DNA of 64,000 nt from Anaerohalosphaeraceae bacterium. Its GTDB lineage: Bacteria > Planctomycetota > Phycisphaerae > Sedimentisphaerales > Anaerohalosphaeraceae. The stretch is taken from the NCBI GenBank assembly GCA_050309605.1, contig JBNRMN010000020.1:32001-96000 (forward strand), read 5' to 3'. The stretch's first letter is position 1. Each line of letters begins with the position of its first letter. Shown here one piece after another: positions 50,318 through 59,765 of this stretch. The position numbers and the translations under genes are program-made. The notes under the pieces were generated by a model that searched no databases, was not told the DNA's origin, and saw nothing but the letters and a program-made list of their open reading frames with translations.

Positions 50318-52222
50318 ATGACACACATGCTGAACTTTGAAACCAATCGGCAGCGTTTTGAACTGCCTGAACAAATTGAATCGATTCTGGATCGTTGTCC
50401 GAGTTGCCTGTACCCGAAAAGTCGGTCAGAGATTCTCACTCTGGCGATGGGCGGCTGCGGAGATGATGTCTTTGAAGTGGCTTATGACGTGCCCAACAAA
50501 GGCAAAGTGGTTGAAGCCGCGGTCACCCGCTGCAAAAACGGACTGGCAGTCAATTACGTCGAACCGTATATGCGCCGACGCGACCCGGATTGTATGGTCG
50601 TCGCCGATGTGGGCGAAACCGATAAATCACGGTTTGACCAGCGATTCGGAACCTCTTTTGAGCCGCTTCGTGAGGAAACCTTCCACTGGCTGGCCTCGCA
50701 GGAGTTGGTGGTTACCCTGTTTACCATCGGCGCGTTTGAGGCCGACTCCGGGCAGGGCGCAATGCTGATCGCGCCAAAGAACGCGGGCTTTTTCGTCGGC
50801 GGGCTGGCGGACTTGCAGGGAATGATTCGACCGGACAGCGTGCCGGCCAATTTTCGGGTTCGCAGCGTGATCTATCTGGCGCCGCCGTTTCGCCACACCC
50901 ATTTCAACGGCAAACAAATTGTCGTCCATAACCGGCTCAGCGGCCTGCACGAGGTCTTTGCGTACAATCTGTATCCCGGCCCCAGTGCCAAAAAAGGCGT
51001 CTATGGCGTGCTGCTGACCCTGGGCGAAAGCGAAAACTGGCCGACCCTGCACGGCTCGACCGTCCAGGTGGTAACGCCCTATGACAACATCACCACCATT
51101 ATGCACGAAGGCGCCAGCGGCGGCGGCAAAAGCGAAATGCTTGAATACGTCCACCGTGAGGAAGACGGTCGGCTTTTGCTGGGTGAAAACATCATCAGCG
51201 GCAAAAAACGTTTTCTGGTGCTCAATCAGGCCTGCCATCTGAATCCCGTCACCGACGATATGGCGATGTGTCTGCCGACGGACCAAAACACCTCCGAATA
51301 TCTGATCGCCAAAGACGCCGAGCAGGCGTGGTTTGTGCGACTGAACCACATTCGAAAATACGGCACCGATCCGCACCTTGAGGGGATTACCATCCACCCG
51401 CCGGAGCCGCTGATTTTTCTGAACCTGCAAGGCGTGCCGCATTCGACCTGCCTGATCTGGGATCACACACAAGACAAACCCGGTCTGCCGTGTCCGAATC
51501 CGCGGGTGATTCTGCCGCGACGGTTTGTACCGGATGTCGTTGAAGAGCCGGTCGAGGTCATGATTCGCAGTTTCGGCATTCGGATGCCGCCCTGCACCAA
51601 AGAAAGCCCATCTTACGGGATTGCGGGCTATCTGCATGTGCTGCCGGCCGGTCTGGCGTGGCTGTGGCGTTTGGTGGCGCCGCGCGGCCACGACAACCCG
51701 AGCATCACCGACACGGCCGGGATGACCAGCGAAGGGGTCGGCTCCTACTGGCCGTTTGCCACCGGACGAATTGTCGATCATGCCAATCTGCTGCTGCGGC
51801 AAATTCAAAGCACGCCCAAGGTGCGTTATGTGCTGATGCCCAATCAGCATGTCGGCGCATGGCGGGTCAGCTTTATGCCTCAATGGATCAGCCGGGAGTA
51901 CCTCGGACGGCGCGGCGTGGCCCGCTTTCACCCGCGTCAGCTTCAGCCGTCGCGCTGTCCGCTGCTCGGATATGCCTTTACCTCGATGCAGGTCGAAGGA
52001 ACGCCCCTGTCGCCGATTTTCCTGCAGGTTGAAACCCAGCCGGAAGTCGGACAGGAAGGCTACGATGCCGGGGCGGAAATCCTGCAGAAGTTCTTTGAAC
52101 GCGAACTGAAAAACTTCCTGCATCCCGACCTCGACCCGCTCGGCAAACAAATAATTGCCTGCTGCCTTGACAAAGGAACCGTAAAGGAATATGAAGACTT
52201 GATGTACAACGTCTTTATATAA
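50318..52222 (+). CDS. DUF4914-like P-loop protein (PEPCK/HPrK-like motifs)
   Basis: YPGPSAKKGVY, LHGS, HEGASGGGKSE and VTDD motifs; 634 aa. Confidence 0.7.
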   Translation: MTHMLNFETNRQRFELPEQIESILDRCPSCLYPKSRSEILTLAMGGCGDDVFEVAYDVPNKGKVVEAAVTRCKNGLAVNYVEPYMRRRDPDCMVVADVGETDKSRFDQRFGTSFEPLREETFHWLASQELVVTLFTIGAFEADSGQGAMLIAPKNAGFFVGGLADLQGMIRPDSVPANFRVRSVIYLAPPFRHTHFNGKQIVVHNRLSGLHEVFAYNLYPGPSAKKGVYGVLLTLGESENWPTLHGSTVQVVTPYDNITTIMHEGASGGGKSEMLEYVHREEDGRLLLGENIISGKKRFLVLNQACHLNPVTDDMAMCLPTDQNTSEYLIAKDAEQAWFVRLNHIRKYGTDPHLEGITIHPPEPLIFLNLQGVPHSTCLIWDHTQDKPGLPCPNPRVILPRRFVPDVVEEPVEVMIRSFGIRMPPCTKESPSYGIAGYLHVLPAGLAWLWRLVAPRGHDNPSITDTAGMTSEGVGSYWPFATGRIVDHANLLLRQIQSTPKVRYVLMPNQHVGAWRVSFMPQWISREYLGRRGVARFHPRQLQPSRCPLLGYAFTSMQVEGTPLSPIFLQVETQPEVGQEGYDAGAEILQKFFERELKNFLHPDLDPLGKQIIACCLDKGTVKEYEDLMYNVFI

Positions 52223-52288
52223 CCTAAGGGCGTTGCGAGTTATCGATGGCTCCGGACTCGAACAATCGATATTGAATCAGGACGCACA

Positions 52289-52717
52289 ATGGAAATACTT
52301 CGTCGGCATACAGATTATGCCCTGCGGGCGGCACTTTGCCTGGCTGCTTCAGAGGAGCAGGGACAGATGTCAGTTCGACGGATCAGCGAACAAACAGACA
52401 TTCCTTACCCGATTACATGCAAACTTATGCAAAAACTCAGCCAGGCAGGCATCGCTGCCGGCATTCTCGGCCTGCACGGCGGCTATGCTCTTTCTCGTCC
52501 ACCCGGCGACATCAGCGTGTTTGACATCATTCAAGCCGTTCAGGGGCCGTTGCAAATGAACAAATGCACCAACCCCTCAACGCCCTGCCCCAAACAGCCT
52601 GACTGCGCCGTGCATCCCTTTTTGGCGGAGATTCAGAATGAACTGGATACTCGACTGCAAAAAACCACGCTAAAGGACTTGCTCACCGGCGGCTTTCGTC
52701 CCCAAAGCCGCCGGTGA
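52289..52717 (+). CDS. Rrf2-family transcriptional regulator, probably Fe-S binding
   Basis: TDYALRA, winged HTH, G..GGY.L, DII.AVQG and C-x6-C-x5-C-x2-H. Confidence 0.9.
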   Translation: MEILRRHTDYALRAALCLAASEEQGQMSVRRISEQTDIPYPITCKLMQKLSQAGIAAGILGLHGGYALSRPPGDISVFDIIQAVQGPLQMNKCTNPSTPCPKQPDCAVHPFLAEIQNELDTRLQKTTLKDLLTGGFRPQSRR

Positions 52718-52819
52718 AATCATCGATCCGCCGCGACGATGTCCGTTTGGAAAACAACTTGACCCGACCGGCGGTCAGTCTCCTCTTTTGCAGGCTTTCA
52801 ACCCGCCATGTCGTTCGGA

Positions 52820-53515
52820 TTACAGTTCGCGAATGCGGATATTACGGAAATACACCTTGTCGCCGTGATCCTGCAAAAGGATATGTCCTTTTGGCGCCAG
52901 CGCAAAATCGGCTGTGTCTTTGAATTTGCTTTCGGCGATCAACTGTCGAAACGCCGGATCATCCCGTTTGTATTCAAGTACTTTCACGCCGTTAAGCCAG
53001 TGCTCGACGCGCATATCCTTGCTGACGATTCGCGCGGTATTCCACTGTCCGATAGGCTTGACGGGCTTGTCGGCTCGTGCGGGCATCACATCATACAGCG
53101 ACGCCAGCGTCCGATTGCCGTCCCGTCCCGCTCGGGCGTCCGGGTGCCGCTGATCGTCAAGAATCTGGTACTCCGGCCCCAGGCCGCTGCCGCCACGGGT
53201 CAGCGACTCATCAACCAGATATTTAATCCCGCTGTTGGCCCCTTCGGTCATCTTGAACTCCAGCTCCAGCTCAAAATTGCCGTACTGCTGGATCGTAATA
53301 ATATCGCGTGAGCGTCCCTGGGCCGGATCGCGCACAAGGCAGCCGTCTTCAATCACCCAGCCGGTCTCAGGAAATGTCTCGCTGTTCATTCCGCGCCACG
53401 CCTGGACGCCTGAACCATCAAACAGCGTTTGCCAGCGGCTCTGCTGTTGCTGCTGACAGCCGACCGCCATCCATCCCATTAAACAACACGTCACAATCCA
53501 TAAGCCGCATCTCAT
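52820..53515 (-). CDS. DUF1080 (3-keto-disaccharide hydrolase/lyase-like) lipoprotein
   Basis: Lipobox AVGC; LFDG, NSGIKY, EYQILDD, GQWN and LQDHG..V.FRNIRIREL. Confidence 0.9.
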   Translation of the reverse strand: MRCGLWIVTCCLMGWMAVGCQQQQQSRWQTLFDGSGVQAWRGMNSETFPETGWVIEDGCLVRDPAQGRSRDIITIQQYGNFELELEFKMTEGANSGIKYLVDESLTRGGSGLGPEYQILDDQRHPDARAGRDGNRTLASLYDVMPARADKPVKPIGQWNTARIVSKDMRVEHWLNGVKVLEYKRDDPAFRQLIAESKFKDTADFALAPKGHILLQDHGDKVYFRNIRIREL

Positions 53516-53538
53516 CAATCATCCCTTTCATCAAACAG

Positions 53539-53557
53539 GGGCGGGCACTGCCCGCCC
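53539..53557. repeat. GC-rich palindrome (REP-like or mRNA stem)
   Basis: GGGCGGGCA-C-TGCCCGCCC between the oxidoreductase and DUF1080 genes. Confidence 0.5.
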
Positions 53558-53602
53558 TCACATACCATTGTTTCTCAATATCAATCCCTCGCGTCATCCG
53601 CT

Positions 53603-55048
53603 TTAGACACGACTCGGAATCCGATACTCACCGCGTCCGACACGTTTGAGCAGCGCAGTGGCCTGACGATCGCCGACGAACTGTTCGCGCCGGCCGTCAA
53701 ACGTCAGCGTCCGCCCCGTTCGATACGACACATTGGCCAGCAGCGGCAAGGCTGAGGACATAAATCCGTCTTCAATATCACACGTTAAATCGCTGTGTTT
53801 GCCGCTGCGAATCGCCGCGATAAAGTTGCCCTGATGGCCGCCGCTGCCGGCGCCGGCGACATCCATCGGATCGGCCTCCTGATCACCTTCGGAACCGGGT
53901 CCCGGCTCATTATTGTGGCCCAGGTAAGTCTTCCACGTCGAACCGTTCAGGCTCATCCAGCCTTCCGTGCCGTAAAACAGGTTGCCCACGCCGATGCCTT
54001 CTTCCGGGTTGGTCGGCAATCCGCGCACCTCAAAGACCAGCAGTGCCCCGTCGGCGTATTTGATATTGGCCGTCTGCACATTCGGCGTTTCCTGATCACT
54101 CGGCGGCCCGTACAGTCCGCCGGACGAGCTGATTTCGACGGGGTGTTCGGCTTTGCCCAGACCCCACCGAGCGATATCAAACTGATGCGGCCCCTGATTG
54201 GCAATATCGCCGCCGCCGTAGTTCCAGTTCCAGTGCCAGTTGTAATGGAAGCGATTGTAACTGAACGGGAGCAACTTGGCCGGTCCGGTCCACATGTCGT
54301 AATCCACTTTGGCCATATACTCAGCCGAATAATTTTCGCCGCGCCGATTGAACACATAATATTCGTAGTCAGACCCCGTGCCGATACCCTCTTTGACCTG
54401 GCCGATCCAGTCGCGACGTTTGTAGCACAAGCCCCGTGCCATATACACCCGGCCGATGCCGCCTTCCTGCAAAAACTGCATCGCACGACGGACGTTGATA
54501 AACGACCGATTCTGGAAACCGGCCTGCACGAGCACATTGTACCGCCGTGCGGCCTGGACCATCTGTCGTCCTTCCCAGACATTATGACAGACGGGTTTTT
54601 CCACATACACGTGCTTGCCCGCCTGACAGGCCCAGATCGTCTGCAGCGCGTGCCAGTGGTTGGGCGTCCCCAGCACCACCGCGTCAATGGATTTGTCCTC
54701 CAGCATGATGCGCATATCCGTATAGCCGACCGGACGCGCGCCCTGCCGTTCCTGAGCCTCGCGGAGTCGGCGCTGAAGCACATTGCCATCCACATCGCAC
54801 AGCGCCTGAATATGCACATTGGGCATATTCATAAATCCCTCGGCCAGCGCCCAGCCGCGACTGCGAACACCCACCACGCCCAGATTGATCCGTTCATTGG
54901 CCCCGACGGCGCGGCGTCCGGGCGCCCAAGCTATGCCGGCCTGCCGCTGACAGGACGACAACGCCCCGGCCGCCAAAATACCCGCCGAAAGTTTTCCCGT
55001 ATTGACCAGAAAATGACGACGGGACACATCTGATTGAATGTCACGCAT
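53603..55048 (-). CDS. Tat-exported Gfo/Idh/MocA NAD-dependent oxidoreductase
   Basis: SRRHFL Tat motif, GVRSRG, TPNHWH, HVYVEKP and YGGGDIANQGPHQFD. GGAGG RBS before ATG 55048. Confidence 0.92.
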   Translation of the reverse strand: MRDIQSDVSRRHFLVNTGKLSAGILAAGALSSCQRQAGIAWAPGRRAVGANERINLGVVGVRSRGWALAEGFMNMPNVHIQALCDVDGNVLQRRLREAQERQGARPVGYTDMRIMLEDKSIDAVVLGTPNHWHALQTIWACQAGKHVYVEKPVCHNVWEGRQMVQAARRYNVLVQAGFQNRSFINVRRAMQFLQEGGIGRVYMARGLCYKRRDWIGQVKEGIGTGSDYEYYVFNRRGENYSAEYMAKVDYDMWTGPAKLLPFSYNRFHYNWHWNWNYGGGDIANQGPHQFDIARWGLGKAEHPVEISSSGGLYGPPSDQETPNVQTANIKYADGALLVFEVRGLPTNPEEGIGVGNLFYGTEGWMSLNGSTWKTYLGHNNEPGPGSEGDQEADPMDVAGAGSGGHQGNFIAAIRSGKHSDLTCDIEDGFMSSALPLLANVSYRTGRTLTFDGRREQFVGDRQATALLKRVGRGEYRIPSRV

Positions 55049-55097
55049 ACTAACCTCCGCTAAATCAATTATGGGTTTCAATTAGTGCCGTATTCAA

Positions 55098-55229
55098 TTA
55101 TCCGCGCAACCTGCAATGCAAACCGCGTGCGCTCGCCTGCATCGCCGACGGTCCCGCAGAAAGGCTGCCCCCGGTGACCATAAAATCACGACCCGACAGC
55201 GGTGACAGATGGGTTTGATGGATATGCAT
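55098..55229 (-). other. Small 43-aa ORF with a strong RBS, resembling a degenerate Tat signal peptide
   Basis: AGGAGG-TCGT-ATG; MHIHQTHLSPLSGRDFMVTGGSLSAG... Confidence 0.35.
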
Positions 55230-55494
55230 ACGACCTCCTGACAGAACAGATGAACTTTTTAAAGCTCTCATTAACGTCATAGGACAGCATTGGTTATGAA
55301 CTTTTCAGACCAACCGAAAGCGTACAATTTCGCTTTGCCGGCCATCATTTTTTCGAAAACCGACGGCGATGTCAACTCTTTTTTCTCACGACGTGAAAAA
55401 TTTCCTTGACAGCACCCAGGAAATCCGGCTTTTATAATACAACATAAACCAGCAAAAAATCTAAATTGTGTACCTTGTTTATAAGGAGATCGCA

Positions 55495-56370
55495 ATGAAT
55501 GGGGATGCATCCCGCAGGCTGTTTCTAAAATCAGTCGGCGTATTGGCCGGCGCCGTCGCGGTCGGCTCAACCGCTTCGGCAGCCACCGCCGCGGTCGCCG
55601 CGCCGTCGGTGCCACATGACAACAAAAAATTCGCACCTCGTTTCGGCCTGGCCTCCTATACGACCCGCAAGCTGACACTCGACCAAACCATCGCCTTGGT
55701 CAAACGTCTCAATTTGAGCTGTCTGACGCTCAAGGATATGCACCTGCCGATGAACGTCCCGCTCGAGATCACCGCGCAAACCGCCCAAAAGGTTCGCGAT
55801 GCCGGCCTGGATCTCTATGGCGGAGGCGTCATTTACATGAACTCCGAGGCCGAGGTGGACCGCGCCTTCGACTACGCCAAAGCCGCCGGCTTTCGACTCA
55901 TCGTCGGCGTGCCTCGACACGAGCTGCTGGACTATGTCGAAGACAAAATCAAGACATACAACATCGCCGTCGCCATCCACAACCACGGCCCGGAAGACCG
56001 GCTCTACCCCACCGTCCAAAGCGCTTACACGCGCCTTGAAGGCCGCGACAAACGCTTCGGTCTGTGCATCGACATCGGACATACCCAGCGCAGCGACATC
56101 CGACCGGCCGATGATATCCTGCAATTTCACGACCGCATGCTCGATATTCATTTCAAAGACGTCAGCGCCCCGACCCGCAGAGGCTCTACCGTCGAAATCG
56201 GGCGCGGCGTCATTGATATTCCCGCCGCTCTGGAGGCCCTTCGCCGCGTCGGCTACGCGGGCGTCGCCTCCTATGAATATGAAAAAGACGCCGACGATCC
56301 CCTGCCCGGATTGGCCGAAAGCGTCGGCTATGTCAACGGCGTCATTGCCATGATGAACCGAAACAAATGA
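55495..56370 (+). CDS. Tat-exported TIM-barrel sugar-phosphate isomerase/epimerase family protein
   Basis: SRRLFLK Tat motif; IHNHGPED, CIDIGH, HFKD, GRG.ID and EYE. AAGGAG RBS. Confidence 0.9.
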   Translation: MNGDASRRLFLKSVGVLAGAVAVGSTASAATAAVAAPSVPHDNKKFAPRFGLASYTTRKLTLDQTIALVKRLNLSCLTLKDMHLPMNVPLEITAQTAQKVRDAGLDLYGGGVIYMNSEAEVDRAFDYAKAAGFRLIVGVPRHELLDYVEDKIKTYNIAVAIHNHGPEDRLYPTVQSAYTRLEGRDKRFGLCIDIGHTQRSDIRPADDILQFHDRMLDIHFKDVSAPTRRGSTVEIGRGVIDIPAALEALRRVGYAGVASYEYEKDADDPLPGLAESVGYVNGVIAMMNRNK

Positions 56371-56390
56371 AAACGAAAGGGTCAAACGCA

Positions 56391-57773
56391 ATGAAAAAAA
56401 AACTGATGTGTCTCGGACTGATTGGATGTTTGATGATGACCGCTTCTTGTACTGAACCGCTGAAAACGACCGCTGATGCGTATCCCGTTACGTTGGTGAC
56501 GGTTGATCCCGGCCATTTTCACGCCGCACTGATACAGAAAAACATGTATCCGCAGATCAACCCCACGGTCTATGTCTATGCGCCCGACGGCCCCGAAGTG
56601 GACGGCCACCTTAATCTGATCAACAGCTATAACACCCGCGACGAAAATCCCACCCACTGGAAAACCGTCCTGTATCGCGGCGGCGATTTTCTTGAAAAAG
56701 CCCTCAGGGAACAAAAAGGCAACGTCGTGATGCTGGCCGGCAACAACCGCAAGAAAACCGAATACATCAAAACCTTCATTGAGGCCGGCCTGAACGTCTA
56801 TTCCGATAAACCGATGTGCATCAACAAGGAAGGCTTTGCCCTGCTTAAAGAAGCCTTCGCCGCGGCTGAAAAGAACGGTGTCCTGTTATACGACATTATG
56901 ACCGAGCGATATGAAATCACCAGTATTCTGCAAAAAGAACTGGCCAATACGCCGGCGGTGTTCGGCGCGATGAAAAAAGGCTCGCTCGACGATCCGTCTA
57001 TTGTCAAAGAAAGCGTTCACCACTTTTTCAAATACGTCTCCGGCAGCCCGCTCAAGCGACCGGGATGGTTCTTTGACACGACCCAGCAGGGCGAGGGCAT
57101 CGTCGATGTTACCACCCACCTGATCGACCTGGTACAGTGGGGCGCTTTTCCCGAACAGATCATCGACTATAAAACCGACATCAATCTGCTGGCCGCACGC
57201 CGCTGGCCGACTGTGCTGACGCGACAGCAGTATCAGCGCGTCACTCATCTGCCCGACTTCCCCGATTATCTCAAGATGCAGCTAAACGCCGACGGCAGCC
57301 TGCCCTGCTATGCCAACGGGCAAATTGACTATACCATCAAAGGCGTCCATACGCGCGTCCGTGTGGAATGGGCCTACGAAGCCCCCGAAGGCGCCGGCGA
57401 CACCCATTACTCGATTATGAAAGGCACAAAAGCCAACATCCTCATTCTGCAGGGCGCCGAGCAAAACTATCGTCCCGAACTGTACATCGAGCCGGCCGAG
57501 GGCGTCTCGGCCAACGAGCTGAACGGCCCGATCTATACCGCCGTACTCAATCTGCAGCGAACATATCCCGGCGTGATGATGCAGCGTCAGGGCAGCCGCT
57601 GGCACATCGCCATTCCCGACCGCTACCGCATCGGACACGAGGCTCACTTTACCCAGGTTACCGAAAAGTATCTGGACTTCCTCGAAGAAGGCAAAATGCC
57701 CGATTGGGAAGTACCCAATATGATCACCAAATATTATCTCACCACCGCCGCACTGGAAATGGCAATGCAGTAA
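56391..57773 (+). CDS. Gfo/Idh/MocA-related oxidoreductase lipoprotein
   Basis: Lipobox TASC; DPGHFHAAL, DKPM, DIMTERYE, DVTTHL.D and GHEAHF. Confidence 0.8.
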   Translation: MKKKLMCLGLIGCLMMTASCTEPLKTTADAYPVTLVTVDPGHFHAALIQKNMYPQINPTVYVYAPDGPEVDGHLNLINSYNTRDENPTHWKTVLYRGGDFLEKALREQKGNVVMLAGNNRKKTEYIKTFIEAGLNVYSDKPMCINKEGFALLKEAFAAAEKNGVLLYDIMTERYEITSILQKELANTPAVFGAMKKGSLDDPSIVKESVHHFFKYVSGSPLKRPGWFFDTTQQGEGIVDVTTHLIDLVQWGAFPEQIIDYKTDINLLAARRWPTVLTRQQYQRVTHLPDFPDYLKMQLNADGSLPCYANGQIDYTIKGVHTRVRVEWAYEAPEGAGDTHYSIMKGTKANILILQGAEQNYRPELYIEPAEGVSANELNGPIYTAVLNLQRTYPGVMMQRQGSRWHIAIPDRYRIGHEAHFTQVTEKYLDFLEEGKMPDWEVPNMITKYYLTTAALEMAMQ

Positions 57774-57780
57774 ACCTCGG

Positions 57781-57821
57781 CGATCAGGCGCGTCGTCCGC
57801 CAAGAACGGCGCGCCTGATCG
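57781..57821. terminator. Strong hairpin between convergent operons
   Basis: CGATCAGGCGCG...CGCGCCTGATCG with 12-bp perfect arms. Confidence 0.55.
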
Positions 57822-57903
57822 ATACTGCGGTTTTTAATGTTGAGCCATGTGCAAAAAATACACGGCGTTTTTCTATTGCAGCCGCACAGAACACAGAGGG
57901 AAA

Positions 57904-57928
57904 GTTCGTCGTTCGTCGTTCGTCGTTC
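57904..57928 (+). repeat. Intergenic heptamer tandem repeat (GTTCGTC)3-GTTC
   Basis: Read directly from the sequence. Confidence 0.75.
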
Positions 57929-57966
57929 AACTCAAAACCATTCTTCGCGGCGACAAAAGAGTCAAA

Positions 57967-58182
57967 TTATTGTGTTACATCTTCTTCAGTCATCGGGTGC
58001 GGCCGGTCGGCGTGATCATTGACCTTGACATTCAGTCCCGCCGAAACAAACCACAGTACCGTCGCTATCAGCATCAGCAGCTTGACCGTTTCCAGCGATA
58101 ACCCTCCGGCCAGATACACCGCCGACGGTGCCGTCAGCAGCATCAGCGACAGTCCCCCCACAACACGCAGCAGATTTCGCAT
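57967..58182 (-). CDS. Small two-helix membrane protein
   Basis: Two hydrophobic segments; GAGG RBS within the end of the permease gene; starts 2 nt after the permease stop. Confidence 0.7.
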   Translation of the reverse strand: MRNLLRVVGGLSLMLLTAPSAVYLAGGLSLETVKLLMLIATVLWFVSAGLNVKVNDHADRPHPMTEEDVTQ

Positions 58183-58184
58183 CG

Positions 58185-59732
58185 TCAGCGCCTCTCCTCG
58201 ACCGCAGGCCGAATACGGGATTGATAAAGTTTGCTGATCCCAATATACAACATCGCCGTCATAAACCAGCCCGGCAAACTCACAAAGAAAATCTCAATCG
58301 TAAACGTCTCTTTGAGCCACTGCAATCGCTCAGGCGAGACATCCAGCAGCCCGCGTGACGCCAGCCAATCCACAATTCCGCCAAACTGCACCAGCACCGT
58401 GCACGCCGTCAGCGTGATCAGCCAGGCCAGCCCCGCAGCCCAGTTGAACGACCGCCCGCTCCATTCGGCCCAATTGCTGCGCAGGCCGAATTTTTTAATC
58501 AGCCAGAAATCCACAAAGATCACCGCCCCCATCGGCATCAAAATCAGCGCCCAGATCGCCACAAAGTCCAGCAGCCTCATGGTGACCTTCGGATAGACCG
58601 CCGCCGCAATCGTCGCGCAAACGCCTGTAATCAGCGTAACGGCAAACCGGCTGCGCTGAGGCATTATCGCCTGAAACGCCAGTCCCGCCCGATACATCGT
58701 CGGATTGGCCGTCGTCCAGCCGGCAATCACCACGCACAGCAGCCCCGTCAGCCCCGCTGCCTCATAGGTCATCGGCCCCGGATGCACATCGGTATTACTC
58801 GGATTGAGATGCAGTTGATATGCAAACAGCAGCGACGCGCAAATCCACGCCATAAAATGCCCGATATACATCCCCGCCGCCGAGGCAATCGCATACCACG
58901 CCTTGCGGGCATATCGAAATACCGACAAATCGCTCAGCCCAATATGCCAGGCCATATTGCAGAACCATGCAAAAAACATCACATGCCAAAACGTAAACTT
59001 CGCCCGGCCGGCCAGCGGCTGGCCGCCCTTCCAAATCGCCGTCTTGCACATCGCCCACACATCGCCGGGGGAATCAATGGCCGTTCCCGTTGCATCAATG
59101 AACCGCCGCAACGTAATCAGTCCGAACGTTAAAAATACCAGGACCATCCACGGCGCCGCGATATTGGCGAACTTGCTGATGGTCTTAAACCCATAAGCCG
59201 CACACACCGCAAACAGCAGCCCCATCACCACCACCGCCAGCACCCAGCCGACGCTGGTCGGCGTCGCGTCATCCAGCCCCGGCATCCGAAAATCAAACCA
59301 CACCCCCAGCGCGGTGGCCGAGACCGTGATCATCGCCCCGGCCAGAATTGTAAACATCACTCCATTGGCCAGATTGTAGGTCGTCACCAGCGTGCGTCCG
59401 CAGATTTTTTCAAGCTGATAATACAGCGTCAGTCGCGCCCGCACGGCAATCGGTGCACAAAACAGCATCCAGCTCAACACCGCCAGCGCATTGCCCACGA
59501 GCAGGCCTAAGATAAAATCAACCGCCGAGACTCCGTGCGCCACAAACAGCGGCCCGATCATCAGTTCCGTTCCGGCCGTATGTTCCCCGGCATACATCCC
59601 CAGAAAACTGCGAAATCCCAATCTCGCACGCGGCGGCACCGGCTGGCGTTCAAACTCTTCGACCGGCGAAAAACCGTCCTGCCGCTCTGCATCGATGTCC
59701 GACCGCGCTGCTGTGTTGACTGCCATAGGCAT
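58185..59732 (-). CDS. NCS1 (purine-cytosine permease)-like transporter
   Basis: About 12 transmembrane helices; EFER.PV, GEHTAGTE.MIG and AGWTTANPT.YRAGLA. Confidence 0.7.
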   Translation of the reverse strand: MPMAVNTAARSDIDAERQDGFSPVEEFERQPVPPRARLGFRSFLGMYAGEHTAGTELMIGPLFVAHGVSAVDFILGLLVGNALAVLSWMLFCAPIAVRARLTLYYQLEKICGRTLVTTYNLANGVMFTILAGAMITVSATALGVWFDFRMPGLDDATPTSVGWVLAVVVMGLLFAVCAAYGFKTISKFANIAAPWMVLVFLTFGLITLRRFIDATGTAIDSPGDVWAMCKTAIWKGGQPLAGRAKFTFWHVMFFAWFCNMAWHIGLSDLSVFRYARKAWYAIASAAGMYIGHFMAWICASLLFAYQLHLNPSNTDVHPGPMTYEAAGLTGLLCVVIAGWTTANPTMYRAGLAFQAIMPQRSRFAVTLITGVCATIAAAVYPKVTMRLLDFVAIWALILMPMGAVIFVDFWLIKKFGLRSNWAEWSGRSFNWAAGLAWLITLTACTVLVQFGGIVDWLASRGLLDVSPERLQWLKETFTIEIFFVSLPGWFMTAMLYIGISKLYQSRIRPAVEERR

Positions 59733-59765
59733 CCGCCTGTATGAGTGTGTTATGAACTATCTCGA

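Noticed and set aside
50627..52150. Long antisense ORFs (also 18459-19700, 42271-43536, 45403-46626, 53795-55033, 22271-23326)
   Set aside because: They shadow well-supported genes on the opposite strand in GC-rich DNA and have no recognisable motifs.
55406..55438. TTGACA and TATAAT upstream of the TIM-barrel gene as one promoter
   Set aside because: Both hexamers are perfect but 21 nt apart, too far for a standard sigma70 promoter, and no MerR-type palindrome is evident.
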